Below are positions 43,039 to 57,086 of a stretch of 64,000 nucleotides of DNA, one piece after another. How positions within the stretch are numbered: position 1 is the first letter of the stretch; every line of letters begins with the position of its first letter. This DNA comes from Eledone cirrhosa (Eukaryota). A program made the position numbers and the translations under genes. The notes under the pieces were generated by a model. It searched no databases. It saw only the letters and a list, made by a program, of their open reading frames with translations, and had not been told where the DNA came from. The DNA is taken from assembly GCA_964016885.1 (NCBI GenBank), contig OZ024746.1:89218001-89282000 (forward strand), read 5' to 3'.

Positions 43039-43469
43039 TTATTGAGAGGGCGTGTGATATCTTTACACTGAATTAATTAAAAGTTGGTGAGAAGCGAATT
43101 CAATGCAGCCAGACAGATATTAAAAGCGTTCGACGTTATAGATATGTATCTAATGCAGACACCTAGACATACAGAGATATAAGGGCGTGACGTTATAGCT
43201 ATGTATTTATCTAAATATCTAAAAATACAGACTAAGAAAGAGAGAGGAATGTTGTATAACCGGAAGTGTTGACATTTGAAAATTTTAAAGAAGTGAATAT
43301 TTAAATAAACGATAACATATCTTTAATCTTTTAACGAAATTTAGAAGACTAAAATAGCCCCAATTTCTTACTTGGAAAAAGTTACATGGTGCAAATTTTG
43401 TGCTTTTTGGTCCAGCCGTTTGGCGAAAAGTTTGTTACATACATACGGCCGTCAGCTTTATAGTATAGG
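41978..43469 (-). mobile_element. Non-autonomous Helitron remnant with a PIF1-helicase fragment
   Basis: Minus strand: 5' CTATACTATAAAGCTG...AAACGGCTGGACC at 43469; FAITINKAQGQTLKVAGL / CFSHGQLYVGCSRVG at about 42360-42470; GC-rich hairpin-like region and a CTAC (decayed CTAG) end near 41978. Confidence 0.7.
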
Positions 43470-43648
43470 CAGTAGCACTAAGGCAGCACTAATCATAGTA
43501 ATGATGTAGATGCAAGCGTATGTACTATATATTTAAATACAATAAATATATGGAGGCCCGGCTATCAGAGAAAAAAAAACTGTTCATACCGCGCCTCACA
43601 TATGTTTATTGTATATAAACGTATAATATTTGCTTCTGTATATACACT

Positions 43649-43691
<43 letters not shown>

Positions 43692-43693
<2 letters not shown>

Positions 43694-44194
43694 GAAACTC
43701 GCGAGCCACGTATGGTCCCTCAAGAACTCAAGTATAGGCTACTCCATTCAATGGAAAGCCATCACTAAATCCAAGCCATACGCAAGGGGAAATCCGACGT
43801 GTGGCTTATGTATTGACGAACGAATAACTATCCTAAAGAGATTACGCAATAGTGATTGCCTAAACACGAGAAGTGAATTTTTCACACGTTGTCCACACGT
43901 CACCAAACATCTATTGCATAACTACAAGGCTCCGGACTGATTCTTTGTAATTTTATTTTTAATTCTTTTTATTTTATTTTCAACCTAAAAACATTCCGGA
44001 CTTTCGCAGTTATCTCCCTTACACCTCCCGCACGCAGTCTAGTATTGCCTGTGTGAAGTGACCGAGTGTCTGCACATGCGCGTTCGTACGGTTGTCCTTC
44101 CTGTTCCTATAATCATACACATCCCGAGCTGAAGATCCGCGAACGTGAAACAATTGTTCTCGGTATGGTGAACAAACTGTTGTGTAACCACTTC

Positions 44195-44195
<1 letters not shown>
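43692..44195 (+). mobile_element. Heavily 5'-truncated Hydra-type PLE (GIY-YIG C-terminus plus 3' UTR) in (TA)n
   Basis: TKLASHVWSLK...IQWKAI...CGLCIDERITI...LNTRSEFFTRCPH*, homologous to the C-terminus of ORF 31075; (TA)n on both sides. Confidence 0.9.
44124..44163 (+). ncRNA. Minimal type I hammerhead ribozyme motif
   Basis: CCGAG-CTGAAGA-TCCG(CGAA)CGT-GAAAC-AATT-GTT-CTCGG; perfect 5-bp stem I, palindromic AACAATTGTT, weak stem II. Confidence 0.8.
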
Positions 44196-44253
<58 letters not shown>

Positions 44254-44302
44254 TATATTTACATACATATATATATATATACATATATATATATACATAT
44301 AC

Positions 44303-44393
<91 letters not shown>

Positions 44394-44616
44394 TGGGCGC
44401 GTGTGTATTGGGTAAATGAAAATAAAATAATTTTCACCTTTTGCTTTATATTGATTGTTCAGCACAAACACGCTAAAACCAATCTGTAGCTTGAACGGAA
44501 TCTTTGATGGAAACTTATGCAATGAGTGCTTCAAGACCGCATTGGGTTCTAATTACGTTATCAGTCCCACCATAAACAGGTTGAAACATGTACTGTATAT
44601 ATATATATATATATAT

Positions 44617-44780
44617 GAGAAAGTATGACCCCGACGGCAGAGCTCCAGAAATAGCCGTCGAAACGGCTAGAGCTCTGCTGTCGGGGTCATACTTTCTCCT
44701 ATTACCTACTCTACTACCCTAAGTATTGAGTACTCTGGTCCGTTATGGTCCATCTGGTTCCTTACCACAACTCCTTCGTT
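44617..44780 (+). mobile_element. Family A fold-back half-hammerhead element, copy 4 (29-bp arms 44617-44645 / 44670-44698)
   Basis: GAGAAAGTATGACCCCGACGGCAGAGCTC / GAGCTCTGCTGTCGGGGTCATACTTTCTC; shared tail; (TA)n on both sides. Confidence 0.85.
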
Positions 44781-44796
44781 ATATATATATATGTGT

Positions 44797-44897
44797 AAAA
44801 GGTAAATAGAAATAACAACACAATAGGCACAGTATATGGAAGGGATATATTAGGTTAACGTTTGATACAGCAGGAAGAGGGTCTTAACGTTTTGAAC
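44797..44897 (-). mobile_element. Family B element, 5'-truncated at hammerhead stem II
   Basis: Colinear with 28349-28449; homology stops after GAAC and is followed by ATATAT. Confidence 0.8.
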
Positions 44898-47800
44898 ATA
44901 TATGATAAACAACCAACTGTATTTGGTTATGTTTAAATACCCTTGGAGACGTAAAAGAGAACAGAAGCAGCTGCGAAGAAACGAAAGACGCATTTTCCGG
45001 TTGTTGAGCGAATGCATTAACCACTGCATTAATGACCCACTGGTCACTAATTCAGCATTTTTAGAAGTTTGTAGGCATCTTTGATTTATTCAGTTAAACT
45101 GTATTATGAATGTCATTGAATTGACAGAAAAATGACTCGAGATTTATCGAATGGAATATATTTGTTCTCGTATGCTCAACACAGGACGTAACTCCTCGTA
45201 TGTTTGAATACCAACATTTGGCAACTTGGTTATCTTAGACGAGGCCATTACTTTGCAAACATTCATTAACTTTGTCATACATTTGTTATCTCGTTAGTGC
45301 TTGGTAGTCTTTCCTAATATAACAATCCCTGAGTCTGGTTTCTCCCCCACTTTCCTTCAGACGCAAACACTCTTCAAATTGTCCTGGGCACTGCTTTCTG
45401 CTTTCTGACGCGGGTCATAAATCAATACACCTCATTCACTCCTGCTTAGCTCAGGAATTTTGAAGTGAATTTAAAAATCAAATACAGAGTTTGTATTTTC
45501 GCAGCTGCTAATATAGTTTGGCAGAACCTATTTGTATAAGTAGTGGACCCTGTATCACGTTCTCAGTTTCACACTCTCGCTCTATATGTCTGTCTGGAAG
45601 AACCTGGACCGGGGATCGGCTCAGTCATATTTACATGCAGTATGTCACGAGGGAACCCCTACGTCTCCACCAGAAGTTCAGGGTACATACAGACACAATT
45701 TGAATAAGCAATATATTTGTGTAACGGAACTAACGAGATAACTCTGTTAGCCGTAGAAAAAAGTTAAATGGTGACATATAGATAAATCAGCGGTTCTAGA
45801 TTAATATAAATAAGAGAACACCAGTCTGATCAGAATGGTTTTAATCATATTGACATTTTTATACTCTATATTAACTGATTTCCCCAATCATCGAACTGTA
45901 AAAGATGAAAGAAAGCCAATATTACTTATATGTAACGACGTCTCCAATACGTCTCCAAAGAAAAAGTTTGACAATGTGCTACTTCCCCGCTAAAAGTAAC
46001 GGACTCAGTCTTAACTTTTCACTTTCGTCAGATGCACAATCTAATTTTAATGATAGCCCAAGGCAATTCAGTCTTAATTAATTCCCCAAACTAGTCACTG
46101 AAATATTCCATGCTTTGTAAGTCGTGTTTATTTAGTAGCAACGTGAGCTGTAACTTAGTTTATCTTGTAGTTCACCAATTTGTTGTCTCTGGAGAATATT
46201 AACAACTAAAATATCGTGATTACTTCTAGATCAAAGCTGTTCTGAAAAAACACCGCCATGTCACTCTATCTAATCCAAACGAAAGAGGCTTCAGCTAATT
46301 ATCCACAGGGAGGATCAACAAATGCATATCGGAAAACATGGTCTCACTGATGGATAGCCCATTTAATCCTATCGAATTCACATTCAACAGTTACTTTGAC
46401 CTCTACATTAGGCTCAACTACGTTTATATGGAATATTCTCAGTGTGGCTGTATTTAGCGAAGAAGTAAAAATGATGTAAGCCTTACATCTAGAGATGCGA
46501 GAAATGATATTTAAACACTTGTAAATGAGGGCTTGTTAGTGACACAATGAAGGCATTTTCAGGGGCCACACCCAATTTGCTTGAATTGTTTTCATTATCA
46601 CGTAAGAAATGTTATAAATTGCGATAGACCTTTGGTGTGCTTCTCTCGATGAGAATTTTGCCTGGCGGGTTTTAGAGGGCACCATATCAAATACCACAAT
46701 GTTAAAACAATTATGCTGCTATGTTTCGAATTTTATGAACAGCTAGTTTTATTTCCTGAACTCAGGGTAATTGAACAGTTCATTTATGCGTTATAGTTAC
46801 TGAAGTCTAGATTTCGGTTTCTTTTATTGGAGAGGTATCTAGACTTGTAGGCATTATATTGTTGTAACGCATTTCCTGCTGTTCCACTTGCTGTGGTTGC
46901 TATTGTTTTCTGTCACCTCGGTGTTGTTGCTGGTGTTCTTTTTGTTCCTATTATTATAATTTTCGTTTTAGTTCCTTTGGTGAGTGGGAGAGCATATACA
47001 CGTATCCTCCTCATTTTGGTTTTATTGCCATTAACACTGCCATAAACTCGGCACTTGCAGTCAGTCAATTTCTCTTTCTTTTGTCGACCGCTCGAGTAAA
47101 TAATTTTGTGGATTTTTAATTATCTCCCTTTCTATATTTTTCATCTGCCGGATCAGAAGACATTGGGAGTATGTTTACGAGTGAATGTGTAAATGTTGCT
47201 GACGAACGACACAAATAAAATTCCACATCAGCACAATGAAATGAAAGGGGATTCCTTTTTATTCCTGAGCACTCCGACAACAGAATGAATAACAATAAAA
47301 AAATAATTTCACATGCTAGAGTGGAAATTTGACGAAGTTGGTGAACCTATGGAGATATGATGTTCCTTGGTGACAATAGTGAATGCATTAACATCAATAA
47401 TAATTATGAATGCTTCATTAGCAACACATGCTTGTATATAGATTAAATTAACCATTAGCCTTATGTATGGAGATGTAGAATGTTATATAAAACAAACGAA
47501 AGAAGGGCAAGGACTTTAAACACTAGGTAGATATATTTGATAAACATATGAAATACGTATGAAAATATAGTAAAACATTTAGTTAACGTGTCCTCCCCAA
47601 CAGATGAGGGAACCCACTAGTTAGATCGAGCCAACGCATCCCACATTCATACTCGAATATCATCCATTATATATGACTCGAGTATCAACGAAATCTCCTG
47701 TAAACATTTTTCTGCCGAATATTTCGACAACACAGTATACTTCTTTTGTTGGTAGGAAGAGTAATCTAGCATTAAGGCTGTCTCGGTAGCAATTCTTTAG

Positions 47801-48296
47801 TTCCAGGTTTATCCACATATTGAATTTATTTTCCCCTGCAATACATAAAGTTTGTGGAGTAATCCAGCGGCGTTGCTTCTGACTAGTATGTATTTCAGGG
47901 AATACCGATAAACGCCTTTTATGAACAGTTTTGACAGTTGATATACATTTTATTTCTCTTTCTTCACTTTTCTACTCTGGATGCAAGGCTAACAAATCTT
48001 GCTGAAGAGCAAATTTGATTAAATCAACAGCTGTACTTGGCTAGCACTTTATTTCATCGACATCGGAAAGGCCGAAATTCAAAATTGAACTTAGCAGGAT
48101 TTGAGATCGAATGTAAAGAGCTACAATGAAGATCACAATGTAATTTTACTCTAAGTTGTACCACATTTGCTTATACTCCAGCCTTGAAGATGGTATGATA
48201 AGGAACAGCTGAGATCCCAGAAATCTTCTTGAGACATAAGCAAAGAAAGAAAATCTGATAGACTTAAGTCATTTGCTGTGACTCACTTTCACAATA

Positions 48297-48478
48297 TAAT
48301 TGTTTCTACTTTTGGCACAAGGCCAGAAATTATCCCAGTACGTTATTGGTACTTAATTTTATCGACCCCGTAATGATGAAAGGCAAAGTTAACATCGGCG
48401 GGATTTGAACTCAGATCGTAAAGGGACGTAACTATACTGGAAAGCATGTCCGACCCTCTACCGATACTGCCAATTCTG
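48297..48478 (-). mobile_element. tRNA-derived SINE (short subfamily)
   Basis: Reverse complement of the family consensus. Confidence 0.9.
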
Positions 48479-50389
48479 GCTGTTTAAACAAAAGGCGACG
48501 CGGCATACACAAGCCTGCTGGAATGAAATAATGGTAATTAGCGCTATAATTATTGCAGATTCTATTTTCATCAGTAATATTACTGCTCTTCAAAAGTAGC
48601 GAATTTGGAAACTGATCAATAAGTAAAGATAGTATCTGATTAACGCAATAAATAATGAAAACTTTGCATGTAACATATCAGTGAAGGATACAAGAATACA
48701 CGCATTGTAAGCATCGCACATCTCTTTTGCATTTCTCATTGTAGTATCTTAATTATGATCAATTTTAACACGATGATTGTTTGCGATATTTGCTGATGGG
48801 TTTGTTCAAAGGCTTTACACTATGGCAATTTCTGAGGGAACAGTGTTCTCACATTCTAGCTGTCAACAGTTAGTTAGGTTTGAACAAATTGAAAGATTTT
48901 ATCAGAATAAGAATAGTTATTTTTGTATGCTTTTATTTGATTTGGTTTTGAAACTAACATAATTAATGCTTCACTATTATGGAAAAAAATAATCACTGCT
49001 CTTATAGCAAAACTTGTTGCCCTCAAAATTAATTCAATGCGCAAATGCCAATCAGAGAATAAGATTCTATAAAATATAAACTGCTAAATTTCTGTATAAT
49101 TTTTGCCAGCTCTACGGTCTTTCTAAACACAACATTATTAATGCGATCAAGTTTAATTATGCAGCAATTTTACCGTCATATTTTTAATTAATGGTGCCTC
49201 TGCGAAAGAAAAAAAATAAAGTAATTAGTTTATAATTTTAGCATAGCTTCTAGCATAGCTTTTAGCTATAACACTTAATGAGAGCTATGCTTTTAATATG
49301 ACAAAATACACGTACACACGACAAGTCTTCTAATATAATCTTAGAATCAGGGAAGAAAATATTGTATTTAAAAACGGAGAAAATGGCTTTAGGCACATTG
49401 GTGCTCTAGTGATCCTCTGGATATTTGCTGAATTACAAATGAGTATTTCATACTCTTTCAATGGAATAGATAGCAAGTGATTCGCACAAATATTGCATAG
49501 GATATCAACCAGTATTGAAAATGGTATACAGTTCAAATAAAATAATTTAGCAAGTTACTCTTTCTTCTCACATTAAAGACAACACTGGATCTCTAAATAA
49601 CTCCCCAACAACATATTTGAATGTAAATACTTCAATGCCTGAGGGAACTGTTCTGAATACTAAAGAAACATACTTTAGGCTTGCGCAAATAATATTGTCA
49701 TAAAAATAGATCAGGTTCAATTCTAGAAGTAAGTATGAAATATATACTTCAATGGCTGTTTGGAATCGAGAAACAACATGCAAAAGAGATAATCTCAGTT
49801 TGATCAGTTAGTCGGCATAAGCAACTATAGATAATATAGAATTGTAGGTATCATGAATCCGTTCATTGATAGCCAGTCGGCCAATACAGTGGCCATGTTT
49901 CATTCCCATTTAACCTCCATCGCGAAGTCAAAGGACGCCAATCAACTGCGATTATCCAAGCTAATATTGAAAATACAATTTCTCTCATTGGGTTTAAATT
50001 TTGAACAAAAAGCAAAACAGATAACGAAAAGAGATCGTGTATGTTATTAAAAAAATTCTGATCAATGATTCTTACTGTAGTTACCTCCCTCACTTTGTCA
50101 TATTGATATTACAGTGCGTGTGATATTGCACACACGCACACGCACACGCACACACACACACACACACACCTTTTACTACTAATTTCTTTCATAATCGAAG
50201 CTTTACAAATAATTATATTACATATATGAGACATTAACGCATTAGTATTAAGTGTGCAAAGCACTTCCTTGAGATCTCTCTCAGCTATATTCTTCATATC
50301 CCTAAACTCCACCAGTTGCAGACTGCGCATCAGCACAACATATTTTTCTCCACAAACTTCGATCACCAGCAACAGTTTAAAGAGCAAAG

Positions 50390-50900
50390 ATCATGTCCAG
50401 TTCATTAGTTGACATTATCAAGCCATCGTTTTGGCTGCCGGCCTCTGCTTCTCCTACCAGCCAACCTTCCTTCCACGCATAACCTACTCACACCACGAGT
50501 TAATCTTTTTATATGCTCGTATAATTTGAGTAATCTTGACTGGACAATTGATGTAATTGTTCTAAGTCTGGTAATGTTGAGCAACTCACTGATACAGATA
50601 CGGTCGCTGAGCCCCTTGCCAGTCAGAAGTCTCATGATGTGGTTCTGGAATGTAGAGAGCTTCTGAAGTGACCCTGTTGTCCAATTAACACAGTCAAGAC
50701 CAGCTCACTGATACATATACAGTCGCTGAGCCGCTTGCCAGTCTTAAGTCTCATGATGTGGTTCTGGAATGTAGAGAGCTTCTGAAGTGACCTTGTTGTC
50801 CAATTAACACAGTCAAGACCATATAACACAACTGGTCGGATGTAAGTATCGAAGCTCTTAGCCTTCAATATGACACTATTCAACCTATATTCTGTCAACT
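50390..50900 (-). mobile_element. RTE LINE 3' remnant with an internal 119-bp tandem duplication (50585-50820)
   Basis: YIRPVVLYGLDC...FQNHIMR...RLLKLYEHIKR...EGRLAGRRSRGRQPKRWLDNV. Confidence 0.85.
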
Positions 50901-51754
50901 AGCTTGAATATGCGTCGGTGAAGAGGTCTCATAACAAGGAAACATATCCGTAGTTTTGAGCTGTCGACTACTCCAAAGAGCATTGTTTATATTATCCAAA
51001 ATTTAGTGCTGCAAGGCGTCTTAGGTGACAGTTTCTACTTAAGTCACAAGATTACCAATGAGATTTCTTAGACAGCAAACATGTGACGTCTCGTCTTACA
51101 TATATGTGTGTATGGATGTGTCAATATCAGTCTGTGTGTACGTTTACTATCCAGCATCTGAAATTAGTAATAGAAGAAGAGAAAGAATTGAAATTTCTCA
51201 TTTAGCTATTGGATATAATTTTAATTTTAAAAAAATCTATAAATATCTGCTATGTTATTACTTGCGTTACTCAGAAGGTGGTTGCTTCTAAAAAAAAGAA
51301 ATCCGTTAATTATAATTCCCAGATTTGTGTTCTATTTTTCTTTTTGTTAAATATTTACAAGTTTTGTTTTTTAAACATTTGACATTAATTAGTTACTATT
51401 CTTTAACTCATAATAAAACACCATTCCTATGTATCTGGTATGAATTCGCGTATTGTGTATATTTCTTATCAACAATAAAGTATAAACGGAGTTTTAGATA
51501 TCGCATAGAAATGTATAGCAGCTCTGTTGTTCGGCTTGCATCGTCTACGCGCATGTTGCGCAAGTACTGTGAAACAATAAATTTCAACACTTCTTTGCAC
51601 AGAGATAATATCCATAGGCGAAACTACAATTGTCACTGCTGGCGCAGCTCCTGCTTGGCAGTCCAGGTCTGCAATTCATTCACTCAGTGCCTGGCAGACG
51701 AAAAAGTGCTGCCATAAAATGGGTGGTGCAACCTAACTTTGGTAACTTACTGAC

Positions 51755-51782
51755 CCCGAGCAAAGCCGGGCTTTAATGCTAG
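51755..51782 (+). mobile_element. Helitron-type 3' terminus (extent of the element upstream unknown)
   Basis: CCCG-AGCAAAGC-CGGG hairpin, 8 nt, then CTAG followed by T. Confidence 0.55.
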
Positions 51783-51914
51783 TTTTAAATATATGTATGT
51801 CAATCAATTTCTAGTTGATATAAAATGCTCAGATCTATTCATTGGAATCTTTGAGCTTATGGATATGGCACATGTCTCGGACATGACTCCCTTAATTTAA
51901 TTTAATAAAATTAA

Positions 51915-52180
51915 TTTTAGGTATGTACATAGACATTCTATGAAATACCGTAGACTAAAGAACTCAACAACGCTGGCCAATAAAATCTGGCAGCTGAAGG
52001 ACACCAACTAGGAATATGGGATTAGCTGGTCGAGGTTATCGGGAGCACTGCGGACTTTGAAATATGGAGCTGTTCGATATTTTAAAGTATGATAAAATAT
52101 TGCTTAACAACAAAATAGAACGATCAATTTCCTGTATGCAGAAAGCAGCTACTAAGTTCGCAAACTTCAAACCAACATGA
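51915..52180 (+). pseudogene. Degenerate Hydra-type PLE GIY-YIG C-terminus; pyrimidine-rich 3' UTR probably extends to about 52980
   Basis: NSTTLANKIWQLKDTN*EYGISW ... CGL*NMELFDILKYDKILLNNKIERSISC, matching 32290-32530. Confidence 0.85.
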
Positions 52181-53849
52181 TTCGATCCAGCAATCTCAGA
52201 ATTCATGCAGAACGACCCGGATTTTAATGTGCTGACAACACACCATCCCACTGTTATTAGCTGTCAACTGACCAACTGTTTATTAAATCAACATCATAAA
52301 TCTCCCAATGTTTCTTTCACTCTATCTCCTTGTAACCACATCACCCCCATTAAGATAAAACAATCAGCCTGCTGATATTAACCACCCATATATCAACAGT
52401 ACCCCTTTCTATTTTTATTCTCTATCTATCTATTTCTTCCCCGGTCCCTCGACCTACCCCTTATGTCTCATCCTCGTATCATCATCCCAACTCTCTGTCT
52501 CCTGTTCTTTATCTCTCCCACTCTCACTTAATTTTTATTTATTATTTTTTATCTTTTATCCGTTATTTGTTATTATTTTTTATTTTTTACTCTAATCCTC
52601 TGGGATTTGACCACTACGTATTTAATGTTTCTTTTCATGTTATTGTCATCTCTACCCTCATCACCACTTTACACGTACACTTACTCACCACTGTAACTTT
52701 AACTACTATCACCACCACTAAGTAGGAAAACTTAGGAAGGAGATGACACAAGACAGCTCTCTGGTGTTATGCAGTAATACAGATGACCCACCCTCCTCAG
52801 TGAACGGGTTGAAAAATACATCTTGTGTGCATGTCAACTCCCACGTTTTAACATGCCCTAACACCCCGCGCCTCACCCACGCGCCTAGATCAACCTCCAC
52901 CTCCTACTCAAGTAACCACCCAACTCTGAAAAGTGATCGCTTTTGTGGCAAGACAAAGATGACCTGCTCACAGTGACACGCACACACACGCATCAGTTTT
53001 AATTGGTACATTTAGCGTATTGCTTCTCGTCTGGCGCTCTAATGATTCAGCCCAAAACAACGAAATGTGCTGGGATTTATCTCATTGTGGCACCTGAAAG
53101 AATGAAACGGAAAGTTGACCTCGTCTGGATTTAAGCCCTCAAGGCAGTGAATCAGGCAATATACTGCAAGATATTTTATTCGACGCTGGATACTGTTGTA
53201 CGTATCAGAAGAGTATTATAATACACAGACTCCACTGGGTGTAAATATAACCCACAGGGGTAGTACGAGTCGTCAAACGTATTAAATGTAAGACATTTAG
53301 CCAACTAGGGTAGCATTGGTTCAGCCGTCTAGAAATAGCAGTCAACTATCTTTACAATAAAGATATATTGGATAATGTTGTAGTTCAACATGTATTCTTT
53401 AAGAAATAGTTAGCTGTAGTTGGAAAACTTCTCATCATGTTTAACTTAAGGTTAAAAAACACCACCAAAAACAATATGTATCACAGTTTACATATAACAT
53501 TTAGTTATAAGGATGTATAGTCTGAAGTATAGACAACTGTGTTGCTATACAAACTGACGGCTATTGCTTTAGCTACCAGCTTTTGTTGAACTGCCGACTC
53601 GGTATATACAGATTGTTTTCACCAAGTAGACTTACCACATTTCATTTCCTACAATAGTGGCCGCAGTTCATGTTAAATTGAACAAGTCGATATGGTCAAT
53701 GGTACTCCAGTCGTGAATATGCCATCGTTTATCATAGGCGTTGGATTATTCAATGTAGACCTCCTTATTTAAGATGATACTTTGAGTTTGGAGGGAGATT
53801 TGGCTACTTGCGAGTTCAATGACCGCATAGAGGTGACATTGACGCATGA

Positions 53850-53962
53850 ATCACAAAGGCAAAGTCAACTCCAGCGGGATTTGAACCCAGTGCGTAAAAT
53901 GCCACACAAAATAGTGAAGCATTTTGTTTAACATTCGATCGATTCTGCTAATCCACCACTCT
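53850..53962 (-). mobile_element. Degenerate 5' half of the tRNA-derived SINE
   Basis: AAAGGCAAAGTCAACTCCAGCGGGATTTGAACCCAG...CTGCTAATCCACC. Confidence 0.7.
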
Positions 53963-54393
53963 TGCGATGCCGCAATATTACATGAGTTTTCAGTTAAAGC
54001 AATTAATGAAATGTCTGATGCTTTAACCACTCTACTAATTCGGAGCCACGTATAGGTTAATGTCACTGAATAATTAATGTTGTCTCTTTCCATCGAAGAG
54101 TATGGTGAAAAGATTTGGATGTGGTTGCCTTTTCTTGGTTGGCGTTGTTGTTTACTACCAGGTAGAAGCTGATCAAAGCGACATATGACCATACAGCTTC
54201 CAATAGTCAGCATCCAATATTATTTTCAGACAGATTCTATCTGTGAATACATTATCTATTATAATTCATTAAAGACATAAGATATGGCTGCTATTTCTAG
54301 CCGGTAGATCGACCATATAGAAGTTATCTCGGTATCTCTGCTAGTTACAGTGATCGAGTAGCGAAAAATGTATTTATTATTATTTATGCTGCA

Positions 54394-54582
54394 TGGCGGT
54401 GGATTGGCAGTATCAGTAGAGGGTCGGACGCCATGCTTTCCAGCATAGTTACGTCCCTTTACGATCTGAGTTCAAATCCCGCCGAGGTTGACTTTGCCTT
54501 TCATCCTTACGGGGTCGATAAAATAAAGTACCAGTAATGCACTGGGTAATTGCTGGCCTTCTGCCTAAAGTAGAAACAATTA
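54394..54582 (+). mobile_element. Full-length tRNA-derived SINE with TSD
   Basis: Consensus-like unit flanked by ATTATTTATGCTGCAT on both sides. Confidence 0.93.
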
Positions 54583-56749
54583 TTATTTATGCTGCATGTG
54601 CTGTTAAAGAAGTCATGATCATTCATACGTTTCTCATCGTTTATGAATTATAAAGCACAAACTGTCATTTCAGATACTGATTTCACATAGAGATAAAATG
54701 AAGCCAAAAAAAAGTCACCCGAAAGAATCTACATCGAGATAACTGATATGACGGTATGGTTGTACTACAAAACCATAGTATGCAAATAATACCGCAACTG
54801 ACGTTGAGTAGTAGCAATCATTGTATACTTGAAACATCTAATTTTTTAGTATGATCCACGTGATATTAATCGGTGAGGTTAGAACAAAGGCATCGATCAA
54901 CGACCCTTTTCAACCATCCCGAGATTTCAAGATTCGGATGGTAAGAGAAAGGTTTCCCTTATAAGCCTAGTTAGGACACTTTCAACTGGCTAAATGCCTG
55001 TAATTACTAGCTGATGTTAAAACGGGTGACGAATTAAACCAACATCCCGGATAGGCCTCGGCAGGATTTGAACACAGATGTAATGATCCAGAAAATATGC
55101 TGCAAGCATGGAATAGTATATACCATATTAAAGGGCAGAATCCGTGATGATATAAGCATGCAGTTATGCGTTCAATTCCTTTTAGGTATGTAGGTTAGTG
55201 GCTGAGGCATTCTGTCGGTATAAATTTACCCTAGAAAAGATTTATATGAAGACGAAATATATATTCGCTCCCTGCAATTCCAATGGGCTACAACACTAAT
55301 CAATAATAGAATACATATACATAATAGACAGAATGAGGTGAGATTTCTCTCAAATGAAACAGCTTTGCGACACTTTAATCAAATTGAGAGACTTTTGGGA
55401 AATTCAATCACAACCACCGTTGTCTTTGGCATTCTCCCCAAATTTAATGTTTACGTTCAGCTAAAAAATAATAACCAAAAAAGCTGAAATCACAATAATC
55501 GTATATGACACTTAGGTTTCATTGTCAGCTGGTGTTTGACGTGAACAAGTAATAACTACAACAATAGTCATAGCAAACGTCCTCTGTGGGATAAGAAAGT
55601 TGGCCAAAGAAAGCTTTTCAGCTTTTCCATTGAGTATTCTGTAAAGCTAGATCTGAGAAGATATTTCATTGAATGAAGGAAAGGCTGTAGAAATATCATC
55701 CACAATCAAAATAACATAGAAGTGGATGATTGCGTGTATGAATGTAGGTGAATATTTACGCGTTTGTACACACTCACACGATTATATATACCTATACATG
55801 TGCTCTTGTTTGTGCATGACACACACAGATATAGGCACACACACATACACACATACAGAAAGCAAACATTTGTGAGCCAAGGAAGGAAAGATAAACAAAC
55901 CTAACAAGATAGAGAGGTTGATGAAAAGACTGAAAATTAGTAATGAGGCGTACAAAATGCATTGTAATATTTAGTTCCATTACTCTACAGTCAGAGATCA
56001 AATCCTTGGGTTTCCGTTCAATACTAAGCAATTGCAGAATATGGAGATGGATTATGGTCTGTATCAACTATACTTTACTTCTATACTTGCGTCTATATGT
56101 CAATCTCTGAAAATTAATGCGGCAGTGAATTTAATGTGCTGTATGTATTTCTATGAGTTTCTATCTCGCTGATGTCAACGTTGCTATTCATCTCTTCGGG
56201 GAAATCGATAAATAAAGTTCCATCCAATCAATTTAATACATTTTCATGTATTTTATCTTTTAAATAGGCCCAAGAACGGTCGCGTGGTTAAGGATTTCGC
56301 TTTACATTCATAGTGTTCTATGTTAAACCCCTTTACTGAGCGGCTTAAGATAAAGCATTCTACTATTAATTTCTTCAATTAAATTGAAACTGTAGATGAT
56401 GATATGAAAAAGAATTTTTGTTAACAAAAATATTTAAAAGTACTGCATGTGGTAACATTGGTTAGCAGAACAGTATGAGTGAAAACATTCTATTTGGAAG
56501 TTTGAAACACGTTAGGGTAAAGTCGTATCTGTGTCTTGTGATTCCCTCAAGTCCCATACATAGTAGTTCTCAACACAAGAAGTGCTCATATTCACTTCCA
56601 TAAAGGAGTCAATTATTGGGTTATAAATAATCATTTTGTCTATCTGCGGGCTTTGTGCTTGAATTAGAAACCGTTTTATTGCTACCAGGAATGGTCGTAC
56701 ATTGACAAATTTTGAAGGACTTCGGATTAAAGGGCATTGCGATATGCGT

Positions 56750-57082
56750 TCTAGTTCTTTACGTTCTGAGTTCAAATTCCATCGAGGTCAACTTTGCCTT
56801 TCATCATTCCAGGGTCGAATAGAGTATTAGTCTAGCGTTGGAGTTGATTTAATCCACTTTCCTGTCACCCAAGTACTTAAAGTAGAAATCATTATTAATG
56901 CTACCAGACAGCATAGAGTTACAGCCCTTTATGATCTGAGTTCAAATCCCACCAAGGTTAACTTTGCCTTTCATCCTTTCGGGGTCGATAAAATAAAGTA
57001 CCAGTCATGCACTGGAGTCAATTTAATCGACTTTCCCCTCCCACAAACTTGCTAGCCTTGTGCCTATATAAGAAACCATTAT
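56750..57082 (+). mobile_element. Two adjacent long-subfamily SINE remnants (56750-56893 and 56908-57077)
   Basis: Family core sequence; the second copy is flanked by TSD CATTATTAATGCTACCAG. Confidence 0.85.
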
Positions 57083-57086
57083 TAAT

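Noticed and set aside
47600-47705. CAGATGA...GAAA...GTA hammerhead-like spacing with an ATACTCGA/TCGAGTAT hairpin
   Set aside because: Core mismatch, no stem I and no TA flanks
52770-52830. Hammerhead in the 3' region of the PLE remnant at 51915 (CAGATGA...GAAA on +, CTGAGGA on -)
   Set aside because: No consistent stem I or cleavage triplet on either strand
54394-54490. tRNA gene (A/B boxes, GTTCAAATCCC)
   Set aside because: Head of a multi-copy SINE with TSDs; no cloverleaf or acceptor stem
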